Source: Felis catus (taxonomy: Eukaryota). From it: a stretch of 64,000 bases of DNA. Every line of letters starts with the position of its first letter. Within the stretch, counting starts at the first letter, position 1. Shown in pieces: positions 27,137-39,721 of this stretch. The translations under genes and the position numbers were made by a program. The stretch lies in contig NC_058368.1 of NCBI RefSeq assembly GCF_018350175.1, positions 11,904,001 to 11,968,000 of the forward strand. The letters are read 5' to 3'. The notes under the pieces were generated by a model. That model saw only the letters and a program-made list of their open reading frames with translations. It was not told where the DNA came from and searched no databases.

Positions 27137-28281
27137 GGTATCTCAGAGGTTCTTGTATATTTGAATAGAAAGTAAATCTGGGGAAATAGAAATTCAGTAA
27201 TATGAATCTTAATATTATTTAATAATTAAGTATTTTAGAATTTGAATGCAATTCATGAAAAATTTACTTTGTACTGCTATCTGCTGTACGTTGTTTTAGG
27301 TTCTGTAAAATACAAAGCCATGGCTACTGCCCTTAAGAACAAAAGCTCTTAGAACAGAAAATATAAAGAAGTGTTGATAATACAATGTGATACACAAAGT
27401 AATTGAACTATTTGCAAGACACTGTCAGTAGTTCTGAGGATAATTTGTAGTAGGAAAGGGCACTAAAAGTGAATTTACTTAAGATGCAGACAAATTAATT
27501 TCACAGTTAGTTAGTGAATAAAAGCTTTAATTGGAACTTTGAGGAAAATGTTTTGTAGTATTAGATACCATCTTCTTTTTTCTTATATTGAACCAAATAG
27601 TGGTTAGAACCATAACCATGAAAGTATTAAATGTTTGCTTTTTTGAATGTTTTTTTCCTGCAAAAAAATTGTATTACTCTGTTCCATACTTCACATTTAA
27701 CTTTTGTAACATAGTCAAAAGGATAATCATCTTTGCAAAAAACAAACATTTGGAGGCTGTCTCAGTTCCTAGGAAGACATATTTTAAGTTTTTTCTTCAC
27801 ATGCTTTTCTATTTGATGTACCTATTTGTCATCATTCTTGTCAGTTTTCTCCTCTTTCATTATTAACTGTGACAGCTTGCACATGACTTAACAGTTCTTC
27901 TCTAACTTTAATGACAAATGTTGGGAATCCTACTACTTTTGCCATGATTCAGTAATTAATTTATATTGTTGGATCCTGAATGATTAGCGAGAAAGTAACA
28001 AAAACATGGTCTTGGTTGAGAATGTATCTGAGTAGGGGGAAGGGATGTTTGGAGATTAATTTTTTAATGAATGGTGTGTTCATCTGTGAATATATTTGTG
28101 ATATTTTGACTTACACAGTTTGTAATTGGGTATTTTCATGGTGAATAATCAGATAATGAAGATTCCTCTACCCCGTGGGAGTTTTAATACTGAGGAAGGA
28201 ATGAGTTGATGTCAACTTTATTTTGTTGGGTGTGACGGTTGACAATAATTCTGTGGAATTAGAATACTCTTTAATTTCTTA

Positions 28282-28485
28282 TTTTTTAAAATTTTATTTT
28301 AGAGAGGAGTGCATGAGCGAGCAAGGGAGGGAAAGAGAGTGGGGGGCAGAGAGAGAGAATCCCAAGCAGCTCCACACTGTCAGTGCAGAGCCCAACATGG
28401 GGCTCAGTCTCATGGCCTGTGAGACCATGACCCAAATCGAAACCAGGAGTCGGACCCTTAACTGACTAAGCCACCCAGGTGCCCC
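28282..28485 (-). mobile_element. CAN-SINE (head-to-head with the next SINE)
   Basis: Consensus body; ends ccacccaggtgcccc. Confidence 0.9.
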
Positions 28486-28513
28486 AAGAATACTTCTTAA
28501 AAAATAGATATTT

Positions 28514-28718
28514 GGGGGCACCTGGGTGTCTCAAATGGTTAAGTGTCGGACTCTTGATTTCAACTCAGGTTATGATCTCACGGTTCATGGGATTGAGCCC
28601 CGCATGGACTCCAGTGACAGTGGGGGAGCTTCCTTGGAATTCTCTCTCTCCTCTTTCTGTCCCTCCCCTGCTCATATTTGTGCTCTCTCTATCTCAAAAT
28701 AAACTTAAAAAAAAAAAA
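28514..28718 (+). mobile_element. CAN-SINE
   Basis: ggggcacctgggtg head, aataaa plus A tail. Confidence 0.9.
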
Positions 28719-29735
28719 GAGATAAACAAGTCTAAATTAAATGAGAGAAGGTACACAAAATAAGGATTTAAAGATAAGAGCAAGATGTTATGACCTAGGT
28801 TTTGAAAAAAACCAAAATGTACATTATAGATAGTAGAAATAGTATGCATAACATTGCAATAGTATGAAAGACACCACACTTTGTGTTCATTGGTGGAGGG
28901 TAAGGTGTAATTATGAAGGTCTTTATACGTTTCATATATGACTCAAATGTCATATTGAGCTTTGTCCTATAGCTTATTCCATAGATAATCTATATGCCAG
29001 ATACTGTGCTAGGTTTAGAGGCTCAAAAGTGAATAAAGGCATAGTTCTTGTCTTTAAGGAATGAGCCGTGATGGGTAAGACCTATAAACCAATCATTTTA
29101 ATACTGTATAGCGAATGCTATGCCGGAGATACGCACAGAGTGCTAAGAGAGGATAGCTGGATGCCTGATAAAGACTGGAAGATATAGGAGCTGTTGTTAG
29201 AGATGAGGAGGAGTTAGCTAGAAGAGTGGAGATGGGTGGTTTAGTAGAGGGAGTTAGTATGAGGAAAGCAGGCACAGTGGTAATGAACAATCGGTTCATT
29301 TATAGGACTAAAAGTAATTTGGTGTTCCTGAAATTGACTAGTAACTCTTGCCTTCAGAGTTGTCCATTTTAATCTGAATAGTTTTTTCACTGTTAAAGCT
29401 AAAATATATAAATTGGACAGTTTTATCTTAGTAAGTGCAAAAGCTAGATAGGAGATGGTATTTAAACTATTTTTAATACCTTAAGTTAGGATGGATTTAT
29501 ATGTACTAGCTTTATCTGTTTTTAAAGTATATTCAGTATTTTCTAACACATGTAACTTGCTACCTTGTGAACACTACAGCCTGAAATGAACATGTCACAA
29601 TCCCTCAGTCTTGTGAGCAGAAGCAGTGGTTGTCCATAAGCTTGCTCTCCTTTACCCTTCAAATTTTGTATGTGAGGTTGTTACTTATTCTTTGTTGCCA
29701 TATGAATAATCTGTGGAATAATTCTGTCTTTACAG

Positions 29736-29940
29736 GATGAATGCTATCAAGTAAGACAAGTGTTTGCTCAGAAACTTCACAAAGGCCTCTCCCGATTACG
29801 GCTTCCACTTGAGTATATGGCAATCTGTGCACTTTGTGCAAAAGATCCTGTAAAAGAGAGAAGAGCTCATGCTAGGCAGTGTCTGGTCAAAAATATAAAT
29901 GTGAGACGCGAGTATCTGAAGCAGCATGCAGCCGTTAGTG
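29736..29940 (+). CDS. PDS5B: PDS5B exon (~25), [68 protein letters not shown](E)
   Basis: tttacag acceptor, G|gtaagc donor; 205 nt; overlaps ORF 29760..29954. Confidence 0.97.
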
Positions 29941-30409
29941 GTAAGCATATGTGAAAATGGAAGTATACTATTCTAGCCAGTTGCAATTTTATTGAACACA
30001 AAGTGATGTTACTGCTATTTATTATACTCTAATTGGCCATCATTAAATACAAAGTTGTTACTAATTTTCAGTAACCGTTTTCCTTTAAAAAAGTTCATTT
30101 GACAAATATAAATGCATAGGTATTTAAATATCAACCCATGTTTCTTTATGTAACTTACTGAATGGCCAAGGAAAATAAGCAATGACATTGGAGATACTTT
30201 TAATAAAACCGTGAAATATGCGCGCACGCGCACACACACACATATGTGGTGTAAGTACTGTCTTTTAGATTTAAAAAAGTACAGGTCTTTTATCTTTGAT
30301 TGTTTTTCACTGGTAGCTGATGTTAATATCCGGTGCTTGTGTGCCTGTTTTTAATCTCATTTTATCCCATTTGTGTTATTAGTTTTTGTGTCTGAGTTCT
30401 TCATTGTAT

Positions 30410-30617
30410 TTTAAAAAAATTTTTCTAAATGTTTATTTATTTTTGATAGAGAGAGCATGAGCATGGGAGGGGCAGAAAGAGGGGGGAGACACAGAATCTG
30501 AAGCAGCCTCCAGGCTCTGAGCTGTCAGCACAGAACCTAACACGGGGCTCGAACTCACGGACCACGAGATCATGACCCTCAGAAGTCAGAGGCTCAACCA
30601 ACTGAGCCAGCCAGGCT
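30410..30617 (-). mobile_element. CAN-SINE
   Basis: Consensus body; tgagttctt flanking duplication. Confidence 0.9.
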
Positions 30618-31214
30618 CAAGCCACCCTTGAGTTCTTTTAACAGCATTAGAATCCACCTAGTTACCCAAGTCAAAAATCAGGCCTTTATTTTTGTACCTT
30701 CTTTTTTCCTCTTATTGGTCACCAAATCCTCCAGATACCTTGAATGTTTCTCTCCTTAGCTCTCCTACTCTGGTATATTTCACTTGGGTAATTGAATACA
30801 CTCCAAACATCTTCCTGTTGTGTTTCCTTGCCTCTGACCCATCTCCAGCTGTGCCACACACCATTATCAAGAATACCATTCTAAAACAGGTTGGATCATG
30901 GTACTTCCTTGCTTGAAATCCATGTTGATTCTTCATTGCTGATAGGATCTAGTTGAAACTCATTAGCATGGTCCTTACTCTCAGCCTGAGTTTCAAGCTA
31001 CCTATAAATTTTGTGTATCTTATACTATGGATTATTTGAAATTTGTGCAACCATCTTTTAACTTTGTTGTCAACTCTATCTGGAAATTGCCTGCCCTTCT
31101 AGACAAATATAAAGAAAACTAAGGAGCGTGGTTTGCACCTTTTGAATCCTTTAAAATACAGTTTTGGTGTTACTGCATCACTGGGGCCTTCTTTCTTTCT
31201 CTTCCTTCTCAAAC

Positions 31215-31430
31215 TTGGAGAATAAGAGCTCTGGAGTCAAATCCCTCTTCTGTTTACTGGTTGTTTGGGGGCAGGTTACTTTCTCAATCTGAGCCCTAGT
31301 CTCCTTATTTGTAAAATTGGTATAATTATACTCATTTCTTATGGTTAGCATGAGGATTTAAGTGTTATGTGTATAAAGCACCTGGCATGATGTGTGGTTC
31401 AAAGAAGTACTTGGTACTTGTTAGCTATAC
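31215..31430. mobile_element. MIR fragment
   Basis: gctctggagtcaaatcc...gggcaggttactt...ctccttatttgtaaaattgg...tgaggatttaa. Confidence 0.7.
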
Positions 31431-31788
31431 TTACTTGAAGGCGCCTTTCACATTGAAGTATAGTTTGTGTCTCTACACTTTCCTGTGAGATCTTTATCTA
31501 GTCTTACTCATCTTTGTACTTAAAAGAATATGCCCCAATAAAAGTAGTAAGCCTAGAAAATAGTAAGCATTGAATAAATACTTGATTCATTTGAATTTGA
31601 ATATCACTGAGTTTTGAAACTTGTTACTTTTTTCTTCTGTATTCTATATTTTCTTGAAATAAATATTACACACCAACTATTCTCTTAGAGTTCAGCAATA
31701 AGGAAATAAATAAAACTTGGTGTCTTATTGACACATGTAGTATTTATTATATGCCAAGTTGAGTATCTGATTTAAAATTTTATTTTGA

Positions 31789-31999
31789 GGGGCGCCTGGG
31801 TGGCTCAGTCAGTTAAGTGTCCAGCTTCAGCCCAGGTCATGATCTTGCAGTTCATGAGTTCGAGCTCTGCATTGGGCTCTGTGCTGACAGCTCAGAGCCT
31901 GGAACCTGCTGTGGATTCTGTGTCTCCTTTTCTCTCTGCTTCTCCCCAGCTCATGCTCACGCTCTGTCTCTGTCAAAAATAAATAAACTTAAAAAAAAA
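31789..31999 (+). mobile_element. CAN-SINE
   Basis: Target-site duplication aaaattttattttga. Confidence 0.94.
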
Positions 32000-32677
32000 T
32001 TAAAATTTTATTTTGAAAGTAGGAAATATAAAAGGAATTGTTCAGTATATGACTCCTGGTCTTTTTGACTAATGTTTGGTAAAACTAGTTAGGATTACCA
32101 TTCTGACCTCTAGTGCAATATGCTGATCTCAGGTCAAAATATAAAAATATTTGAATTTAAAATAAAAGTTTGTTACTTCAAATGTCCTAGAAACTCTGAA
32201 GTCCATTACTTTAGATCTGTTCTTTTTTTTACAAATAATCTCAAGTAGTATCAACCTTCTTATTTTTTGTGCCATATTAACATTGAAAGATGCATTATTA
32301 TTATTATTTTTTTTTTGCTCAGCTTAATAAGGGAGTGTTAAACATAAGGTTGCTCATAATCACAAGAAAAATAGATCTTATGTTTCTTTTTCTTAGATAT
32401 AGTTTGTTTGGGTCACTTTTTACCATGTGTGTTTAAAAATGAAAATATTTGTCTTTGTAGGCTCAGCATATGGTGCATTTAGTAGGCATTTCAATATTGG
32501 ACATGATGGATGAATGAATAAAGTCTTTATGGTGTAATTCAACACTGGACATTTCAATAAATTTTTCTTATAGCCATATTTTGGGAAACTACTGGGATGC
32601 AAGAAATACGGTATCACAGACAAAGTGTAAGGTTTGGTTTTCTCACCTGGATGTTTGTTTTGTTTTTTCTTTTTCAG

Positions 32678-32792
32678 AAAAATTATTGTCTCTTCTACCA
32701 GAGTATGTTGTTCCATATACAATTCACCTTTTGGCACATGACCCAGATTATGTCAAAGTACAGGATATTGAACAACTGAAAGATGTTAAAGA
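32678..32792 (+). CDS. PDS5B: PDS5B exon (~26), (E)[37 protein letters not shown](E)
   Basis: ttttcag acceptor, GA|gtaaga donor; 115 nt. Confidence 0.97.
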
Positions 32793-34565
32793 GTAAGACC
32801 TTTTTCATTCCATTTTCATATTTTCTGAAAGCTTTTTCTCTTTGTTGCTGACAATGGAATTGCCATTATAATTAATTAGATTTATTTAATTTCTTAGGAG
32901 TTCCGTGTTCTTCCCTTGTTTCTTCTCTTGTTTTTCTTTTTTCATACCATATCTTCATACTTCATTTCCTATATGGTTTCCCAAAAGTTAATTTAGCATA
33001 ATTAGTGCACTGCTGTGTCTCTTTCGTTCTGGCACTTCTTTTCTATTGCTGCAGTCCATTAAGAGTTTCCATTCCAGTTCTTACCTTTTCCTGCTTTCTT
33101 CTACAACTGTAAATTTTCATGTGGGCGAATTAATACTCTCCTTCATTCACATAGCACTTTTTCTTTGCATTAACTATCTTTCTCCGTAGGAAGAGAGAAT
33201 GGTCTAATTTAGTAATGGGCCAAGTTGGTTACCAAGGAACTACCCCACTTACTACTTCATTGGTGTTTTTCTAGCTCAAGTTTATGGCACTTGTAATTTT
33301 TTCAAAGATTATTGTTGAGAGGCAGAAAGACCATCTACGCCTGGGTGCGGAATAGGGAAATACAATAATATTTAGAGAAGTCTTCCTAATACCGCCATAC
33401 TTCTTTAAATAAGCTTAAGACCCTAGTCCTCTTTCTGTTACGATAAACGTCTGTGGTTTTGAATAAATGAATTTATTATGCCTTTAGCTTCCTATTAAAG
33501 GAAAATAACTGGTGGTGTCTTAGTTCATAGAAATATTTGATAAATATTTGTGGTACCTCAAGAGAATAAAATCAAATTACTGGTAACTTTTTTATGACAA
33601 GGGAAAAGCTGTTACTACCCTCTTTTAGCCACAGTTCCTGTTTTTTTAAAACTAAGCAGTTCTCCCAAAATGAGTTCTGTGTTAGGGTGATTGTAACTAA
33701 TGAAAACTTCTAACCATCTTTCTCAGATAACTTTGGTTTTTGAAATACATTTAATATTCTTTGGAATTTACTAAATATTTTTGGTTTATTTGTAACATGC
33801 CCAGTACAGTCTTGAGTACTCTTCCCATTCTGTCAGAGAGCTGCTCCAGAAGAACTTATTCTATTCCCAAGATCCTTAAGGTTCTTTTTCCCCTTCTAGA
33901 ATGATACCTTGCTTCTCACTTTACTTTTCTCTCTTCTCACTTTACTTTTCTCCTCTGTGCCACAACTCTGTTCCATTCTGTCTATATAGTAAAGACACAA
34001 AGCACTTTTGGTTTGGTCTTGAACAGAGTTGTATGTAATTAACTTTAACTGAGCTAGTGAAACTTTCTTTTAATTTTTCCCTCTTAAGCAAAGACAGTAT
34101 GTGTAGTTGTCAACCATGGTTTTTTTCCTCTCTAATTTATTCATTAAGATTCTTAACTATTGAGTTAGGTGCTTATATTTTCTTGAAAACGTCCAATCAG
34201 GACTGCTGTTTTGAGTGCTTGAGGCTTCACTTTATCCATGGCCCAGTTATTATTTTAGGCAATTTTCTTTCCCTGTCATAGCTAGGGGTTAAGATCACTT
34301 CATCATTTCCACCATTTAAGTTCTTTTTTAACCTGCCTCTTTGGAAAAATTATTGAGATTTTGAAAGGGGTCTTTTGAATTCACACCTACATTGCTGATA
34401 AGTTGTGATTTGTATGTGTGACATACCTTTTTTTCTCTTTTGATATAGCTGTTTTTTCCTTTTTAATTTTTTCCGTTTGTGGAGTTTATTATATTTATAT
34501 TAAGAATTATTTTATCTGTATTTAACAACCAATTTTTTCATTTCTTTTTCTTCCCTTTTTCTTAG

Positions 34566-34698
34566 ATGTCTTTGGTTTGTTCTAGAAATATTAATGGCTA
34601 AAAATGAAAATAACAGTCATGCGTTTATCAGAAAGATGGTAGAAAATATTAAACAAACAAAAGATGCCCAAGGACCAGATGATGCAAAAATGAATGAA
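34566..34698 (+). CDS. PDS5B: PDS5B exon (~27), (E)[44 protein letters not shown]
   Basis: long pyrimidine tract + cttag acceptor, GAA|gtatgt donor; 133 nt. Confidence 0.96.
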
Positions 34699-34887
34699 GT
34701 ATGTAATTCTTTGTAAATAATCATGCTTCCCTGTTGATTTAAGCATTTGAGTGTGGATGTGGTACTTCTATAGTATGTATAGACATTATCAATCTTTTTT
34801 TATTATTTAATAATTAGTATTTCTATTAGTAATTAGAAATACTGAAAACAATAGTTTAACTTACACTATTGTACTGAAAACTACACA

Positions 34888-34923
34888 CAGCCATACCTTG
34901 TTTTAATGCGCTTTGCAGATAAT

Positions 34924-34954
<31 letters not shown>

Positions 34955-37472
34955 CAAGTTGAAGGTGTGTGACAACCTTGCATGGAGCAAGTCTGTTGGC
35001 AGCATTTTTCCAACAGCATTTGCTTATTGCTTATTTCATGTCCCTGTGTCACATCTTGGTAATTCCTGCAATATTGTAAACTTTTTCATTGCTATTATAT
35101 ATGTTATGGTGAACTGTGATCAGTGATCAGTGCTTTGGGGTTCCACAAACTTCACCCATATATAGAAGATGGCAAACTTAACTGATGTGTGTGTTTGGAC
35201 TGTTGTAGCCACCAGTCGTCCTCTCTCCCTCTCCTCAAGCTTCCCTGTTCCCTGAGACACAACAATATTGGAATTAGGCCAATTAACCCTACAGTGGCCT
35301 CCAAGTGCTCAAGTGAAAGGAAGAGTAGCATATCTCTCACTTTAAATCAAAAGCTAGAAGTGATGAAAGTTAGTGAGGAAGGCCTGTAGAAACCGAGATG
35401 GGCTGAAAGCTAGGCCTCTTGTACCAAATAGTTAGCCAAGATGTGCATGCCAAGAACAAGTTTTTAAAGGAAATTGAAAGTGCTACTTCAGTGAGAACAC
35501 AAATGATAAGAAAGTGAAATACTCTTATTGCTGATACAGAGAAGGTTTGAGTGACCTGGATAGATCAAACCAGCCACAGCATTCCCTTAAGCCACAGCCT
35601 GATCCAGAGCAAGGCCCTAACTCTGTAATTCTGTGAAGGCTGAGAGAGGTGAAGAATCTGCAGAAGAAACAAGCTAGCAGAGGTTGGTTCATACGCTTAA
35701 GGAAAGAAGCCATCTCCATAAGATAAAGTACGGAGTGAAACAGCAAGTGCTGACATAGAAGTTGTCCAGAAGATGTAGCTAAGGTAACTAATGAAGGTGG
35801 TTGCTCTAAATAACAGTTTTCTAACGCAGCCTTCTGTTGGGAGAAGATGCCATTGAGGACTTTCCTAGCTACAGAGAAGTCAGTGCCTGGCTTCAAAAGG
35901 CAGGCTGACTCTCTTGTTAGGGGCTAATGCAGCTGGTCTCTTGAGGCTGAAGCCCGTGTTCATTTCCCATTCTGAAAATCCTAGGGCCCTTAAGAATTAT
36001 GCTAAGTCTACTCGGTGCTCTATAAATGGAACAACAGAGCCAAACAAATACCACATCTGTTTGCAGTATGTTTTACTGAACATTTTAAGCCCATAGTGGA
36101 GACCTCAGAAAAAAAGATTTCTCTCAAAATATTACTGCTCACTGATAATGCACCTGGTCACCCCCAAGGCTCTGATGGAGACCTACAATGAGATTAATGC
36201 TATTTTCATGCCTGCTAACACAGCATCCATTCTGCAGCCCAGGGATCAAGGAATAATTTCAACTTTCAAGTCTTACTGTTTAAGAAATACATTCATAAGG
36301 TTGTACCTACCAGAGATAGTGACTCTTCTCATGGATCTGGGTAAAGTCAAATGAAAATCTGGAAAGAATTCTCCACTCTACATTCATTAAGAACATTCAT
36401 GATTCATGGAAAGAAGTCAAATTATCAACATGGACTGGAGTTTGGAAGAAGTTGATTCTAACTTCTTGGTTAGAATCATCATGGATGACTTTGAGGGGGG
36501 TTCAAGACTTCAGTGGAGGAAGTAACTACAGATGTGGTAAAAATAGCAAGAAAATTATACCTAGAAATGGAGCCTAAAGATGTGACTGAATTGCTGTAAT
36601 TTCATGATAAAACTTTAATGAATTTGGAGTTGCTTCTCATGGATGAGCAAAGAAAGTGGTTTATTTATTTATTTTTTAATGTTTATTTATTTACAGACTG
36701 TGAGCCAGGAGAAGGGCAGAGAGAGAGGGAGAGAGAGAATCCCAATCAGGCTCTGTGCTGTCAGCACCGAAACCACTTTCCTGGTGCTCCATCCCATGAA
36801 CCGTGAGATCATGACCTGAGCCCAAATCAAGAGTCAGATGCTCAACCGACTGAGCCACGCAGGCGCCCCAGGAAAGTGGTTTCTTTAGATGGAATCTGCT
36901 CCTGATGAGGATGCTGTGAAGATTGTTGAAATTACAACAAAGGATTGAGCATATTACACAAACTTTGTTGATAAAACAGCAGCAGCGTTTGAGAGGATTG
37001 GCTCCGATATTGAAAATTCCACTGTGGGTAAAATGGTATCAAACACCATCACATGCTGCAGAGAAATTGTTAGTGAAAGAAAGAGTCAGTCAGTACAGCA
37101 AACTACAGTTTTGTCTTATTTTAAGAAATTACTACAGTCACTCCATCGTTTGGCAGCCACCACTGATCAGCAGCAGCCATCAACATTAAGGCAAGACCCT
37201 CTTCCGGCAAAAAGATTTTGCAAGTAACCGAAAGCTCAGATGATGGTTAACGTTTTTAGCAATAAAAGTTTTTAATTACTTGTACTGTAATTACATTGTA
37301 CGTTGTTTTTTAGACATAATGCTGTTGCACACTCAATAGATCATAGTATAGTGGAAACATAACTTTTATATGCACTGGGAAACCAAAAAATTCATTTGAC
37401 TCACTTAATTGAAACATTTGCTTTATTGTGGTGGTCTGGAGCCGAATCTGCAGTATCTCTGAGGTATGCCTG
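34888..37472 (+). mobile_element. near full-length Tigger1 (TcMar-Tigger) DNA transposon, degenerate, interrupted by a CAN-SINE
   Basis: TIRs CAGCCATACCT...GAGGTATGCCTG followed by TA; pogo-type transposase remnants [56 protein letters not shown]. Confidence 0.92.
36660..36869 (-). mobile_element. CAN-SINE nested in Tigger1
   Basis: Target-site duplication gaaagtggttt. Confidence 0.92.
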
Positions 37473-37557
37473 TACTAATTGCATGTTGTAGAATTACTCC
37501 TAATTCAGAGTCAAGGCTGCCACCTTAAGTACCTAATTTTCTTTAATACCATTGCAG

Positions 37558-37677
37558 AAACTGTACACTGTGTGTGATGTTGCCATGAATATCATCATGT
37601 CAAAGAGCACCACATACAGTTTGGAATCTCCTAAAGACCCAGTACTACCAGCTCGTTTTTTCACCCAGCCTGACAAG
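37558..37677 (+). CDS. PDS5B: PDS5B exon (~28), [40 protein letters not shown]
   Basis: ttgcag acceptor, AAG|gtagtt donor; 120 nt. Confidence 0.96.
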
Positions 37678-38167
37678 GTAGTTATTTTAGATTTGTGTGT
37701 GTAGATTGAAATAAAATGTAATAAAATGTATTCTCAGCACTAGGTTGTGGGAAGATTAGGAAGGATCAGTATCAAGAGCTGGCGCACTACTAATGTCGTG
37801 GAAAGGTCGGCTTGCGTCTTAATAATGTGGTGCAAGACTAGCACATGGGCCAAATCGGAGGACACAAACAAGGTCCGGAGGTTAATCAGGATTATCTAGA
37901 GTTTGTGTTTGGAGTTTTATGCCAGTCTACGAGTACAGGCAAAAATGTGATCAAAGCATGTAGATCTGTCAGTTAATGGCCAGTGATCCAAAATGGGAAG
38001 GAGAATGTTGATAGAGTCTGAAGTTATAAGCCCTTGATTGAAATTTATAACTGGTATGAAGAAACAAGGGCAGACACTGGAACAGGTTTGAGACCCAGGG
38101 AATACCACAAGAATGTTCCCCAAACTCAGTACAAAACTCAAGTATTGTAGGAAATACAAAAAAAAAA

Positions 38168-38364
38168 TTCTTTTTATGTTTTATTTTTGAGAGAGAGGGC
38201 GCAAACAGGGGAGAGGCACAGAGAGGAAGAGACACAGAATTTGAAGTAGGCTCCAGGCTCTGAGCTGTCAGCACAGAGCCCGACGCGGGGCTCCAACTCA
38301 CAAACTGTGAGATAACCTGAGCCAAAGTCAGACGCTTAACCCGACTGAGCCAGCCAGGTGCCCC
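38168..38364 (-). mobile_element. CAN-SINE
   Basis: Consensus body; agtattgta flanking duplication. Confidence 0.9.
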
Positions 38365-38930
38365 TAGTATTGTACGAGCTATACAAGGTGTTTTCCAGAT
38401 TCTCTTAGAGGTTCATAATGTATCTAAGCCTATTGACTGAGAGTTTGGAAAGCACCACTACCGTTTTTGTTTTTATGTTTTTGTTTGTTTCTAAGTAAAA
38501 TAGCAGTTAAGGTCTTACCAACATACAGAGATTTGCAACAGCCTTGTGGAACAGGCTCACCCAGTAGCTAAAAGGGACTGTCTGCTTTCACCTTGTCATG
38601 ATTAAGATAACAGGAGTAAATGTGGTCTCTTCTGGAGATTTTTTTTTTTTTTTTTACAGAAGCATGTGTTTTCTGATGCACTTACAGAGAGCTCTAGCAC
38701 ATTAGAGCTCAAATATGTTTTGTTAATATTGGAGTTGGTAGAAGGTTAGTTTAAGCTTATTACAGTATTTAAAATCCGTGACTGAAATTTTGTGTTTGGA
38801 ACTTATTATTGAAGTATGTCTTTTATTATGTACTTTAAAACAAAATCTGTTATATGCTTTGTTGGCTTTGAAGCACTTCTTGTATAGTGTTTGATTATTC
38901 ACTAACTACAACTTTTTCTCCTGCTTGTAG

Positions 38931-38993
38931 AATTTCAGTAACACCAAAAATTATCTGCCTCCAGAAATGAAATCGTTTTTTACTCCTGGAAAA
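38931..38993 (+). CDS. PDS5B: PDS5B exon (~29), NFSNTKNYLPPEMKSFFTPGK
   Basis: actaac branch-like motif, cttgtag acceptor, AAA|gtacgt donor; 63 nt. Confidence 0.95.
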
Positions 38994-39575
38994 GTACGTT
39001 TTGAGAGTCATTCTGATTTTTACATGGTAGTTTATTTTACTGTGATTATTGACAAAATTATGTTATTTTGTATTTCTTTAAAAATTAGTGTATCTTAAGG
39101 TAGAAAATAGTTATTAGATCTCTTCCATTTACTAGTAAGAAATAATATATTTACAGTATAAATGCAAGCTGAGATACATGAACTTATTTTGTAGCCTGAA
39201 ATAAAGTGCTGGAGACCTTGATCTTTAAATATCTTATCCTGTAATGTCAAGATAAAAATCTTAAAGTTAAAAACATCTTATGTCTTTCCAAAGCAGTTTG
39301 ATTATCTATTTTTATTGTTGACTGTACATTTTATTTGTTCTTTCTATGTAAGCCTTTTCCTCTAAATCGCAAAGAAGCTTAACTATTATGCTTGTCTGTA
39401 TAGTTTTTCACTTATTCAAGTGATACTCAATTTATAATCCTTATTTTGCTTAAGGATAGGTATATTTGTGTGTGTGATTTGTATGTAAATACTTGGACAG
39501 AGATTTATGGTTCTTTATGTATAAATTTCTTCTGGCTTTAATCAAATAGAAAGAGATATGCCTTTTTCATTTCAG

Positions 39576-39721
39576 CCTAAAACAACCAATGTTCTAGGAG
39601 CTGTTAATAAGCCACTTTCATCAGCAGGCAAGCAGTCTCAGACAAAATCATCACGAATGGAAACTGTAAGCAATGCAAGCAGCAGCTCAAATCCAAGCTC
39701 TCCTGGAAGAATAAAAGGGAG
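39576..39721 (+). CDS. PDS5B: PDS5B exon (~30), PKTTNVLGAVNKPLSSAGKQSQTKSSRMETVSNASSSSNPSSPGRIKG(R)
   Basis: tttcag acceptor, AG|gtaagc donor; 146 nt. Confidence 0.96.

Noticed and set aside
35189..37227. Transposase-like ORFs suggesting a TIGD1-like gene
   Set aside because: Fragmented by stops, frameshifts and a SINE insertion; a dead Tigger1
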